Source: Candidatus Poribacteria bacterium (GTDB lineage: Bacteria > Poribacteria > WGA-4E > WGA-3G). From it: 64,000 bases of DNA. Position numbers and translations under genes: made by a program. This document shows, piece after piece, positions 1 to 9,295 of this stretch (its first letter is position 1; the number at the start of each line of letters is the position of its first letter). The notes beneath the pieces were generated by a model, which was not told the DNA's origin, searched no databases, and saw only the letters and a list, made by a program, of their open reading frames with translations. The stretch spans positions 1,312,001-1,376,000 of the forward strand of contig CBDANF010000002.1 in assembly GCA_965197475.1 (NCBI GenBank). The letters run 5' to 3'.

Positions 1-132
1 TGCTACTACAAACACAGAAACGCTTGAAAACAAGCAGAATGCGTAAATCAATAATAGACATTATAATGATTTAATCGTCCGTCCCTGATATCACTAATAC
101 CGAAATATAGTCTAAACGCTAATGGCTTGTCC

Positions 133-281
133 GTCGGGTAGAGTTTGCGAAACCCGACATGTTTGTTCTGAATGTCAAGTGTTCAGATGGTGGAAGTTAC
201 CGTTTTATAGATTGCGAAATCTGCTATATTATCTCTGGAACCCTGATATTGTCGGGTTTCGCTGCGCTCTACCCGACCTAC
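133..281. repeat. Inverted pair of GTAG-type REP palindromes (REPIN-like)
   Basis: GTCGGGTAGAGTTTGCGAAACCCGACA (133-159) and the reverse-oriented TGTCGGGTTTCGCTGCGCTCTACCCGACCTAC (250-281); same family at 50059-50089. Confidence 0.75.
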
Positions 282-360
282 GAACTTTAGATTTTATTAT
301 AAACCAGTAACAACACACAATTAAAACGTTATAATGTCTAATATATTTTAAAAATTATGT

Positions 361-389
361 TTGACATTTTTTTGAAAGTTTTGTATAAT
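361..389 (+). promoter_or_regulatory. Consensus sigma70 promoter
   Basis: TTGACA (361-366), 17-bp spacer, TATAAT (384-389). Confidence 0.7.
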
Positions 390-653
390 TATAAATATAA
401 ACAAGTTCAAGAAATTAGTGTGATAGAACTCTTGACATGGTTTGTCTGCAAAAAAACTTTTTATCCATTTTAGGCAGATATAAAGGGATTGTTGTTTGAT
501 GGTATCGGGACAGATGCTCAAACATGGCAAAGGATAATGCAAAATACTAATACTAACCGCAATGTTGAAAAAGCGTCCTCAATTAGATTAGGTCAACACC
601 ACAGTTGGTCTATTCCTACTTCTTCCACGCCTTCAGCATCACTCATTTTGCGA

Positions 654-669
654 CCCCCCCCCCCCCCCC
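654..669. repeat. Poly-C homopolymer (C16)
   Basis: Directly visible, in the long leader upstream of the LamG genes. Confidence 0.9.
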
Positions 670-883
670 AGTTAACGATTGTAATAGTATTTCAGTTACA
701 AATAGGCGAATATCGGTTCGGACCATCAGTCTTTTGTCGCGCCCGCACGCTCTCAATTGGACATTGTGAGTTTTGTTGCGAGCTATTTTGTTTGCAGAAG
801 GTGGGTATTCCCACCCAATATTCATGAACACAACGCATGAGTGTTTTTAGTGTTATTTTAGGAACTCTAACCGTAAACTTAAT

Positions 884-932
884 CAGGACTTACATAGATT
901 TGGGTGCCTACTTTTAAAGTGCGTAAGTCCTA
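884..932. mobile_element. Short degenerate MITE with CAGGACTTAC...TGCGTAAGTCCT ends
   Basis: Termini match those of the 123-bp elements at 45766 and 54375. Confidence 0.55.
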
Positions 933-964
933 TCTATAATTAATCTATAATTAAGGAGGAAAAC

Positions 965-1735
965 ATGAAAACTCTATTTATGATGTTAACAATTATTGCG
1001 TTTGTGGCTTCTTTTGCCCACGCGCTGAATGAACCAGAGGAATCGCTCATCCTTTACATGTCTTTTGATACGGTTGATGGGAAAAACACAATTGACCATT
1101 CAAAGTATGAAAACCATGGCGAAATGGTGGGTGACCCGAAACATGTTGAGGGCAAATTCGGTAAAGCATTAGAATTTAACGGCACATCCGATTGGGTTGA
1201 AATCCCGCATCATGAGACGCTCACTGTTGATAAGGATGTCACGGTCATGGCTTGGATTCATACTGAGAGGCTTACGGGACCCAATAACGCGCAGTGGCAA
1301 GGCATCCTTGCAAAAGGCAACGCTCTCCGTTCCTATAGTTTCTATACTGAGTCAAAAAGTAAGTGTTTGCACTTCGTTGCCGGTGCCGGAAGCGTCTGCA
1401 ACGGGGAAGTCAAGTTAAACGAATGGCAGCATGTCGCTGCGCAGACGAGTGATGGAACACACCGGTATTGGATTAACGGTCAGAAGGTTGGTGAAGTCGG
1501 CGGCAAAGCACCACCGCCAGGCCAAGCTGATACAGCCGATGTCCTTATTGGGAAAACACATGAACCGGCTCGCGAATTCCTTGGATTAATCGACGAGGTG
1601 CGCATCTGGAACCGGGCTCTCTCTGAAGAAGAGATTGTTGAGCAAATGGAAAAAGGGCATTTTGAGCTCCTTCCTGTTGACCCACGCCAGAAATTAACAA
1701 CGACGTGGGGAACCCTAAAGACTCAAAAACGATAG
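965..1735 (+). CDS. Secreted LamG-like jellyroll (concanavalin A-like) protein with C-terminal TWG tail
   Basis: SD AAGGAGG; signal peptide; GKFGKALEFNG, WQHVA and GLIDEVRIWNRALS motifs; ends PVDPRQKLTTTWGTLK. Confidence 0.9.
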   Translation: MKTLFMMLTIIAFVASFAHALNEPEESLILYMSFDTVDGKNTIDHSKYENHGEMVGDPKHVEGKFGKALEFNGTSDWVEIPHHETLTVDKDVTVMAWIHTERLTGPNNAQWQGILAKGNALRSYSFYTESKSKCLHFVAGAGSVCNGEVKLNEWQHVAAQTSDGTHRYWINGQKVGEVGGKAPPPGQADTADVLIGKTHEPAREFLGLIDEVRIWNRALSEEEIVEQMEKGHFELLPVDPRQKLTTTWGTLKTQKR

Positions 1736-1825
1736 TTACAACTAACAGTGATAAGGTTTACTTTTATCACTATAATTTTTATATCACTACTTCGGGATTT
1801 CCGAAGTTAAATTTGGAGGAAAATA

Positions 1826-2596
1826 ATGAGGTTTTTGTTTGTTGTATTAACCCTTACCGTGTTTGTTGCTTCTTTCGCTCACGCAGCAGAAGAATCGGAT
1901 GAATCGCTCATCCTCTATTTCTCTTTTGATGAATTAGATGGGGACATGGCGGTTGACCATTCGCAATATGGGAATAATGGCACTGTAAACGGTGCTCCTG
2001 AGCTGGCAGATGGTAAGTTTGGAAAGGCTCTGAAACTTAACGGAGAAACAGACTGGGTTGAAGTGCCACATGCCGATATTCTTACCGTTGAAACAAGTGT
2101 AACCGTGATGGCATGGATTAATGCTGAAAGGCACATGGGACCGAATAACCAACGTTGGCAAGGTATCCTCGCAAAAGGGAACAGTCCGCGCTCTTATAGT
2201 TTCTACACCGAATCCCCAAGTGAATGTTTGCACTTCGTTACGGGAAGTGGTAGTACCTGCGCGGAAAAAATTGCCCTCAATAAGTGGCAGCATGTTGTTG
2301 GGCAGTCAGATAGTGGCACGCATAGGTATTGGCTTAATGGTGTAAATATCGGTGAATTTGGTGGTAAAGGTGCTTTACCGGGAGCTGCGGATACCTCTAA
2401 CGTCTTCGTCGGAACTACAGCCGAAGGTGCTAATAGAAGGTTCCTTGGCTTGATTGACGAGGTCCGTATCTGGAACCGTGCCCTCACCGAGGAAGAAGTT
2501 ATCATGGAGATGGAAAGCGGATATCAATCCGGAACAGCTGTCGATCCACGGGCGAAATTAGCCATGACTTGGGGTACCATAAAATCCCACAAATAA
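1826..2596 (+). CDS. Secreted LamG-like protein, tandem paralog of 965..1735
   Basis: Same length (256 aa) and same motifs; ends AVDPRAKLAMTWGTIK. Confidence 0.9.
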   Translation: MRFLFVVLTLTVFVASFAHAAEESDESLILYFSFDELDGDMAVDHSQYGNNGTVNGAPELADGKFGKALKLNGETDWVEVPHADILTVETSVTVMAWINAERHMGPNNQRWQGILAKGNSPRSYSFYTESPSECLHFVTGSGSTCAEKIALNKWQHVVGQSDSGTHRYWLNGVNIGEFGGKGALPGAADTSNVFVGTTAEGANRRFLGLIDEVRIWNRALTEEEVIMEMESGYQSGTAVDPRAKLAMTWGTIKSHK

Positions 2597-2626
2597 CGGA
2601 TTGACAGTTATAATTCACGTATTTCT

Positions 2627-2656
2627 TGTAGGTGAACTCGGTTGGGTTCACCTACA
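2627..2656. terminator. GTAG-initiated hairpin (REP or terminator) after the LamG pair
   Basis: TGTAGGTGAAC-N8-GTTCACCTACA perfect stem. Confidence 0.6.
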
Positions 2657-2725
2657 TCCTTTCAGATGTGGCAGAAATTGAAGTTGATAAAATCCTCTGA
2701 TAAATAAAAGGAGAATACATAAAAT

Positions 2726-3127
2726 ATGAACGGAAAATTTATATCATCCGAAGAGGTTGAAAGAGACCACTTAGATTGGGGAACAATAGGTTGGCTCAGC
2801 CGTCCAGAAACCACAGGTGCAAAAGATATCGTCGCAATGGAAGTTAGTCTCTCCCCCGGATACGGGCATGATTTTCATAAACATCCCGATCAGGAAGAGG
2901 TTATCTACGTTATAGAAGGCAGCGTTGAGCAGTGGCTTGAAGATAAGAAGCAAACGCTAAACGCAGGTGACTCTGTCTTCATCGCAGCGGACGTTGTTCA
3001 CGCATCTTTTAATGTTTCAAATCAACCTGCGAAGTTATTTGTTACGCTGAGCCCCAGTAAGGGAGAAGAAGGATATCAACTCATTGATGTTTATGATGAA
3101 GCACCGTGGAATACCCTTCGCTCATAA
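2726..3127 (+). CDS. Cupin domain protein
   Basis: HDFHKHPDQEEVIYVIEG and GDSVFIAADVVH cupin motifs; SD AAGGAG. Confidence 0.9.
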   Translation: MNGKFISSEEVERDHLDWGTIGWLSRPETTGAKDIVAMEVSLSPGYGHDFHKHPDQEEVIYVIEGSVEQWLEDKKQTLNAGDSVFIAADVVHASFNVSNQPAKLFVTLSPSKGEEGYQLIDVYDEAPWNTLRS

Positions 3128-3226
3128 TTGAAACTAATTAGGTTCCTTTCAGACCCTCGCACTTTTTCTTGTTTTCCTGTACCCAAACGGATATAATTTA
3201 TTAAACCTTTTTGGATTTGGACAAAT

Positions 3227-4057
3227 ATGCTTGACACACCCATACCTGAAACACCATTGCAACTCCGTCAGCGGATGCGCGAATTCTATGAAACATCAGA
3301 AACCTATAAAGACCTCTTAGCTGCACATGACGAAGTCTACCTCCGACACTACGTAGAATTGGTAACCCGTTATGCACCATCAGGTTCCAAGATTTTGGAT
3401 CTCGGGTGCGGGAACGGTATTTCCGCTCAACTGCTAAATCAGGCGGACTATGATGTCGTTGGGACTGATATATCGCCGCTTTTTCTTGAGGAAGCGCGGA
3501 ATTGGGAAAATCCGAGACTACGATATCAAGTGTGTGATGTTGTGGAGTTACCGTTTGAGAATGCGTCCTTTGATGTTATCTGTTCAAACGAACTCATAGA
3601 ACATCTGCCTGATGTAGAGACAGCATTAAATGAGATGATTCGTGTTGTACGCAAAGGCGGGAAGGTTGTGCTTTCCGGACCAAATCTTTGTTCACCCTTA
3701 ACACCTTTCCTTGATTGGGTCCGTCTGATGTGTGGTAAACCGGGCAGACCCGTTTGGGGAGAAACAAAGCGGCAAGCATTGCAACAATTTAAGCGAAACT
3801 GTGGACTCTACATAAAAAAGCGTTTCTTGACAAAAACACCTCACTTTATTTATCGCAACCCGGATCTACAAGCAGATGCTATCGGTGGCGATGCTGACAG
3901 TGCCTATTACGCTAACCCAATTGATCTTGCTCAATTTTTTAAGCTGAACGGATTTAGCATAGTCAAAAAATCTGTTGGCTTTGGCATAAAAGGCAGAATT
4001 ATTGCGAGCATGTTTCCGTATTTGAGTCCTTATATCACTATGGTTGTCCAGAAATGA
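3227..4057 (+). CDS. Class I SAM-dependent methyltransferase
   Basis: ILDLGCGNG motif I; LPFENASFDVI; EHL. Confidence 0.9.
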   Translation: MLDTPIPETPLQLRQRMREFYETSETYKDLLAAHDEVYLRHYVELVTRYAPSGSKILDLGCGNGISAQLLNQADYDVVGTDISPLFLEEARNWENPRLRYQVCDVVELPFENASFDVICSNELIEHLPDVETALNEMIRVVRKGGKVVLSGPNLCSPLTPFLDWVRLMCGKPGRPVWGETKRQALQQFKRNCGLYIKKRFLTKTPHFIYRNPDLQADAIGGDADSAYYANPIDLAQFFKLNGFSIVKKSVGFGIKGRIIASMFPYLSPYITMVVQK

Positions 4058-4890
4058 ACATTCGTGCAAACGATTTTGTTTTAGAAATTGGAAGCGGGCA
4101 CAACCCCAAAATACGCTCTGATGTTTTATGCGATAAATTTATGGATGATGACGAACAGCGCGGCGGTATAATTGTTGCGGACCGACCAATGGTGGAAGCG
4201 GATGGGCAGTTTCTGCCTTTTGCAGATGGGGCGTTTGACTATGTGATATGTTCACATGTTTTGGAACATGTTGAAGATCCGGATTTACTTGTATCCGAAT
4301 TGATGCGTGTAGCACCCCGCGGCTATATTGAAACACCCTCCGAAATTGGAGAACGTATCTACGGATGGCATTATCACAACTGGGTAGTTAACCTAATTGA
4401 CGGTCGTTTGGTGTTACAAAAAAACGATAAGCGAACCGAATTTGGACAACTTTTCCACACGTTGGCGGCAAAAGATAAGCATTGGAAGCGATTCCACATT
4501 ATGCATCACCGTATTTTCCTTGTCCAGTATGAATGGGAAGGCAAGATAGACTACGAAATATCGGACGGGAAGGAGTCGCCACTGAATTTGAAATGTCCGC
4601 AGACTATTGAAGAACTTCTAACACCCAAGGTTTCGGAGCAAACCCATAAAGGTTTTTGGTTAATTCTTAAAAGTGTGGTTCCGCGCGGTATTGTATCTCG
4701 TGCAAAATCGCTTTTAGCAAAAAGTAGAAGCCGCCAAACCAAAACATTAAAGGAAATTATCGCCTGTCCGCAGTGTAAAGGCGAAATTACATGGCAGGAA
4801 CAAAACCTACATTGTAATAAATGCAATCGGTTTTATCCGGTTATTGATGGAATTCCGAGATTTACCGTAACTCCAGGGAATTCTCTGTAA
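4054..4890 (+). CDS. Methyltransferase-domain protein with C-terminal Trm112-like zinc ribbon
   Basis: VLEIGSG; LPFADGAFDYVICSHVLEH; C-terminal CPQCKG...CNKCNRFYPVIDGIP; ATGA overlap with upstream gene. Confidence 0.8.
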   Translation: MNIRANDFVLEIGSGHNPKIRSDVLCDKFMDDDEQRGGIIVADRPMVEADGQFLPFADGAFDYVICSHVLEHVEDPDLLVSELMRVAPRGYIETPSEIGERIYGWHYHNWVVNLIDGRLVLQKNDKRTEFGQLFHTLAAKDKHWKRFHIMHHRIFLVQYEWEGKIDYEISDGKESPLNLKCPQTIEELLTPKVSEQTHKGFWLILKSVVPRGIVSRAKSLLAKSRSRQTKTLKEIIACPQCKGEITWQEQNLHCNKCNRFYPVIDGIPRFTVTPGNSL

Positions 4891-4974
4891 TCTCTAAAAC
4901 ACCTAATCTTAACGCTTCATCTTTCTTGAGAAAACTTAGGTTATAACAACCTGCAAAAGAGGAACATATAAATA

Positions 4975-6975
4975 GTGAAAAATATTTACACTTATTTGGC
5001 AATTTTAATAGCGGTGTTTAGTAGTTCGCTTAATGTTGGCTTTGCACAAGAAGATCCGGCGGCTGCGTGGATGCCAGATTCAATTCTGCGGAAAGTCGTG
5101 CGGAGAGCCCTTGAGTTGGATGCGGATGTTGAACTCACGCAAGAAGCCTTAAAAGGGTTGACAGAATTGAATACTCACTATCGTGCGTTTCGGGACCGTG
5201 GAGACGGATTTATTGCCGATATCACCGGTTTAGAATATGCAACAAATTTAGAATTGTTAGTTCTTGTGCCGGAAGCGATTAGCGATATTAACCCGCTTGC
5301 GGGATTAACCAAATTAACATGGTTAGACATAACCTCCAACCAGATCAATGATATCAGTGCCGTGGCAGGATTGGTGAACCTCACAGCATTGCAGCTTAAT
5401 GGAAATCCTGTAGCCGACCTTAGTGTGATAACAAATTTAACGAAACTAACCATACTTAATATTCCGGATTCTATCATAGACGACCTTAATTTGCTCCAGG
5501 AGATCCTACGAAAGAATCCGAATTTAACAAGTGTGAATTTCGTTTTTGATATTCGTAACATCGTCAAGACTCAAATCACCAAGATCGGTTTTTCAGAGGA
5601 GGCACTGCAAACCTACACTGAAGGAGATGAGGTTCAAGTAAATGTGACATTTGACGCGGATGGAACGCGCCATGCTAATGCTAAACCCTACGTGACTGTG
5701 TATATGGGAGAGCAAATCCCAGAGAATGAGCGACAGGCAGAATGGACATCTTCAAAAGATACCAATTCAACGGAGGTAACATTTATATATGAGGTGCTCC
5801 CTGGCGATGATACGTCCAGTGTGACAATAAAACCAAATAGCTTTACAGTTCCTAAGGGGTCATTCATTGTTGACAACAATGGCACCTTTGTTCATGGGGG
5901 CACTGGGGATCAACAGTCAATTGTGACTATTCCTACTTCCGCAGACGTTTATGTTCCTATTGTTGGCACATTGCATCTGATCGTTTTTAGCGAATTTTTA
6001 TTTCAACCTATAAATGAAGTCCATTCAGTGCCACAATGGATTGAGGTCTACAACACGAGTGAAGCTGATATGAATCTACGAGGATGGCAATTAAAGTTAG
6101 AACGTCATGCAGATTATCCCATAATCAATCAACAAGGCGAAAAACCTGTTTTAGAACGCACAGTGCAGATTCAGACAGATTTTATTGTTCCTGCTCGCGA
6201 AACACGTTTAATCGTTACATCCTCAGGACGGAATTCTGGTGGGAAAGCACTTGAGTCTGGACAGGTCTATAATTTATTCGATCACCACTCTGTTGAACTC
6301 AATCAGAACACAGACAATAAGAATAGTGTGATCGTCGCAGACGGCTTTTCGCTCAAACTCCTTGATGCTGACAATATACTTATTGATATCATCGGGAACT
6401 TAAATGAAGATGGGAACACCGTATGGGAAATCCCTAAACGCCTCCTTAATATTCGTGTATCGTTGATACGGCGTTTCGATGAAGGCACACCTCGTCCAGG
6501 AACAGAACGGCGGGGATGGATACCCGCGGATAAGGTGAAAAATCAGCCTAAAGATATTTACTATGGACACAGTTTAGATATTGGCGCGCCTGGGTATCGT
6601 AGCAAGAGTAACCCATTACCTGTCAATTTATCAGTCTTTACAGTGAATGTTGTTTCAGGTAATATCGTTATCGAATGGATAACGGAATCGGAATTAAACA
6701 ACGCTGGTTTTTATGTTCTGCGGAATCCAGCGCGTGAGGGGAATTATGAAGTGCTCAATGCCAAGTTAATTCCGGGGGCAGGCACGACAGGTGAGCGTTC
6801 AGCTTATATGTTTACAGATACAACTGCCGTACCTGGTGTTGTATATTATTATCAACTTGTGGATGTGTCGTATAGTGGTATCCGTAACGTGCTTGGAACG
6901 CAACGGTTACGGGGCACCCTATCGCCAGTTGGGAAACGTATAACGCAATGGGGCAACCTGAAAAACAATAAATGA
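4975..6975 (+). CDS. Exported leucine-rich repeat (internalin-like) plus lamin-tail-like domain protein with TWG-like tail
   Basis: Signal peptide; PDSILRKVVR cap; LxxLxxLxxLxLxxNxIxDI repeats; FSEF...QWIEVYN LTD-like motif; WITESELNNAGFY; ends SPVGKRITQWGNLK. Confidence 0.8.
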   Translation: MKNIYTYLAILIAVFSSSLNVGFAQEDPAAAWMPDSILRKVVRRALELDADVELTQEALKGLTELNTHYRAFRDRGDGFIADITGLEYATNLELLVLVPEAISDINPLAGLTKLTWLDITSNQINDISAVAGLVNLTALQLNGNPVADLSVITNLTKLTILNIPDSIIDDLNLLQEILRKNPNLTSVNFVFDIRNIVKTQITKIGFSEEALQTYTEGDEVQVNVTFDADGTRHANAKPYVTVYMGEQIPENERQAEWTSSKDTNSTEVTFIYEVLPGDDTSSVTIKPNSFTVPKGSFIVDNNGTFVHGGTGDQQSIVTIPTSADVYVPIVGTLHLIVFSEFLFQPINEVHSVPQWIEVYNTSEADMNLRGWQLKLERHADYPIINQQGEKPVLERTVQIQTDFIVPARETRLIVTSSGRNSGGKALESGQVYNLFDHHSVELNQNTDNKNSVIVADGFSLKLLDADNILIDIIGNLNEDGNTVWEIPKRLLNIRVSLIRRFDEGTPRPGTERRGWIPADKVKNQPKDIYYGHSLDIGAPGYRSKSNPLPVNLSVFTVNVVSGNIVIEWITESELNNAGFYVLRNPAREGNYEVLNAKLIPGAGTTGERSAYMFTDTTAVPGVVYYYQLVDVSYSGIRNVLGTQRLRGTLSPVGKRITQWGNLKNNK

Positions 6976-7000
6976 ACCAATCCATAAATTTGAGCAAGGG

Positions 7001-7037
7001 AGGTTTTGAAGATTGTTTACGATAATCTTCAAAACCT
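7001..7037 (+). terminator. Stem-loop, likely terminator
   Basis: AGGTTTTGAAGATT...AATCTTCAAAACCT. Confidence 0.6.
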
Positions 7038-7080
7038 TTACTAACTCACCACTTCGTTACCGAGACGTTGAATATACAAA

Positions 7081-8043
7081 ATGAAAAATAATACAAACAA
7101 CATTGAAAATAGAAATGTCGTGATAATTGGTGGTGGAACTGCTGGCTTTGCAGCAGGTGTCTACACCTCCCGGGCAATGCTGGAACCTGTTCTAATTACG
7201 GGTGATGCACTTGGCGGGCAACTCTCCTTAACACTTGACCTTGAGAACTACCCCGGATTTTTTGGTAACGAAGCTTCCGTTTTCATTCAAGGCATGCAGG
7301 AGCAAGCAGAGCGGTTCGGTACTGAGGTTAAATTTGACACAGTAACAGCCGTTGATTTCGCGCAACACCCGTTTGTCGTGAACACTTATGAAAAAGAGTA
7401 CCACGTAAAATCTGTGATTATCTGCACTGGTGCTTCCCCACGCACACTTGACATCCCTGGGGAAGAGCGATATGGTGGACGTGGTGTCTCCTACTGTGCG
7501 ACGTGTGATGGGTTTTTCTTCCAAGACCAACGACTCGTCGTAGTTGGTGGTGGTGACGCTGCATTGGAGGAAGGAATCTTCCTAACAAAATACGCATCTG
7601 AAGTCTATGTCGTTCATCGGCGCGACCAATTGCGTGCAAGTCAAATTATGCAAGAACGCGCATTCAAAAACGATAAAATCAAGTTTATTTGGGACACTGT
7701 CGTTGAGGAAATTTGCGGAAATGACGAAAAAGTAACGGGTGCCAAACTCAAAAACGTCAAAACAAATGAGACAGAACTTTTCCCGATTGATGGTGTGTTT
7801 ATCTTTATAGGTCATATACCGAACACAGAACTTTTTGCAAACGTTATAGATATGAATGAACAAGGGTACATTATCGTAGACGATCTTCAACGTACCAACA
7901 TAGATGGCGTTTTTGCAGCAGGTGATGTGCATGATCACGTGTTCCGTCAAGCGATTACGGCGGCAGGTGCAGGCGCAGCGGCGGCGATCGCATCCGAAAA
8001 GTTCATCGCTGAATTCGAAAACCGCGCATATCCAGGGAATTGA
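7081..8043 (+). CDS. trxB: Thioredoxin-disulfide reductase
   Basis: GGGTAG FAD motif; SYCATCDG active site; GGGDAALEEG NADPH motif; HRRD; GVFAAGD. Confidence 0.95.
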   Translation: MKNNTNNIENRNVVIIGGGTAGFAAGVYTSRAMLEPVLITGDALGGQLSLTLDLENYPGFFGNEASVFIQGMQEQAERFGTEVKFDTVTAVDFAQHPFVVNTYEKEYHVKSVIICTGASPRTLDIPGEERYGGRGVSYCATCDGFFFQDQRLVVVGGGDAALEEGIFLTKYASEVYVVHRRDQLRASQIMQERAFKNDKIKFIWDTVVEEICGNDEKVTGAKLKNVKTNETELFPIDGVFIFIGHIPNTELFANVIDMNEQGYIIVDDLQRTNIDGVFAAGDVHDHVFRQAITAAGAGAAAAIASEKFIAEFENRAYPGN

Positions 8044-8108
8044 TTCTCCGAATAGATGCACTGTAAAGAAGGTTGATATTCATCGGCGGAATAGAGTACA
8101 ATATTGAT

Positions 8109-9062
8109 ATGATCTACATAAGAGAGCATCCCGATCCTGACTTTGCGTTACTGCCCCACGGTAGATACGATATTGTGACCAAAGATGCCTTGCAGAAATT
8201 CCCTGAAGACATCTTGAAGGTAGTTTTAGAACATGCTGATTTTAAGTTTATAGAATTTGTGGAAGGCGAATTCACGACCGTTGAAATCCGTCGGACAGAT
8301 AGACTCATAAAGGTACTACTCGGTGATGAGTTAGTTTTAGTGCACATTGAGTTTCAGGTAGGCGATAGTACTGCTCTTGAAATGGTGCGCCGCAACGTAG
8401 GTTATCTCGGCAGATGCTACGAAACATACGGCTTGCCAATCCTTTCTCACGTTATCTATCTCCGTCCCAATGCGGGGCAGAATGATCCAGGTGGTTACAG
8501 GCAAGACGTGCCGAACCATCGGTTCATCGTTGAGTACAAGGTAATTCGTCTCATTGAACTTGATGGACAATCTGTGTTGGAGATGGAAAACACTGGACTC
8601 ATGCCTTTTGCGCCGTTGATGAAGCCTCCGACTGGTATGGAAAAACTCCAATGGGCTGTGCAATGTAATGAAAAGACAAAGGAACTTTCGTTACCCTCAG
8701 ATATTCGTAGTAACCTTCTGGTATCGCAGTGGGTTCTGAGTGGTTTAATTCATCCTCACCAAGCAATTGGTGGTTTTCTATCGGAGGAAGTTATGCAAGA
8801 ATCTTCGGTTTACCAACACCTATTAGAGACAACAGGAAAAGAACATTACGAACGAGGGTTACAACAGGGAGCGAGACAAAATGCCCTTGAATCTCTCTTT
8901 GGTGTCCTTGAGTATAAGTTTGATTCTATCTCAGTCCGTCTATTACTACCGTCGTTGGAAAACATTAGCGATGTCAATGTTCTTAGACAGCTACTTGACG
9001 CAGCACTACGTGTAGAAGACCTTGAAACGTTTGTCCAGATTTTAGAAACGAGCGAGAGTTAA
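8109..9062 (+). CDS. Rpn/YhgA-like PD-(D/E)XK nuclease (recombination-promoting nuclease / putative transposase family)
   Basis: RRTDRL...HIEFQ nuclease motif; VIYL; LMPFAPLM; MQESSVYQ...GLQQG C-terminal signature; start at ATG 8109 is my choice. Confidence 0.8.
   Translation: MIYIREHPDPDFALLPHGRYDIVTKDALQKFPEDILKVVLEHADFKFIEFVEGEFTTVEIRRTDRLIKVLLGDELVLVHIEFQVGDSTALEMVRRNVGYLGRCYETYGLPILSHVIYLRPNAGQNDPGGYRQDVPNHRFIVEYKVIRLIELDGQSVLEMENTGLMPFAPLMKPPTGMEKLQWAVQCNEKTKELSLPSDIRSNLLVSQWVLSGLIHPHQAIGGFLSEEVMQESSVYQHLLETTGKEHYERGLQQGARQNALESLFGVLEYKFDSISVRLLLPSLENISDVNVLRQLLDAALRVEDLETFVQILETSES
8793..9062 (+). CDS. Putative internally translated small C-terminal protein (RpnS-like, 89 aa)
   Basis: GGAGG at 8783-8787, 5 nt before an in-frame ATG at 8793. 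Confidence 0.5.
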   Translation: MQESSVYQHLLETTGKEHYERGLQQGARQNALESLFGVLEYKFDSISVRLLLPSLENISDVNVLRQLLDAALRVEDLETFVQILETSES

Positions 9063-9103
9063 CTCTAACCGGTTAAGTAGGATCCTTTAGGTTGCGTGGT
9101 GCC

Positions 9104-9264
9104 ATCGTAGACGATATGTAGCGGGCAATATAGACGGCGTTTTTGCCGCGGGTGATGTGCATGATCACGTATTCCGACAGGTGATCACGGCGGCGGGCGC
9201 GGCGGCTATTGCATCCGAAAAGTTCATCGCTGAATTGGAGAACCGCGCCTATCCGGGAAATTAA
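9104..9264 (+). pseudogene. Diverged second copy of the trxB 3' end
   Basis: Encodes IDGVFAAGDVHDHVFRQVITAAG---AAAIASEKFIAELENRAYPGN*; aligns to 7873-8043. Confidence 0.9.
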
Positions 9265-9295
9265 TCGGTAAGGGTTGCCTACTGTAAGGTGAAAT

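Noticed and set aside
489-827. 112-aa ORF (and the antisense 643..831 ORF) as a real gene
   Set aside because: No recognisable domain, and its frame depends on the poly-C length. Kept only as a possible leader or pseudogene.
8073-9062. Rpn-like gene as a classical IS
   Set aside because: No terminal inverted repeats or short target duplication are visible, and the motif is PD-(D/E)XK rather than DDE.
7873-9264. trxB repeat as a DGR template/variable repeat pair
   Set aside because: Differences are not adenine-specific, are mostly synonymous, and no reverse transcriptase is present in the window.
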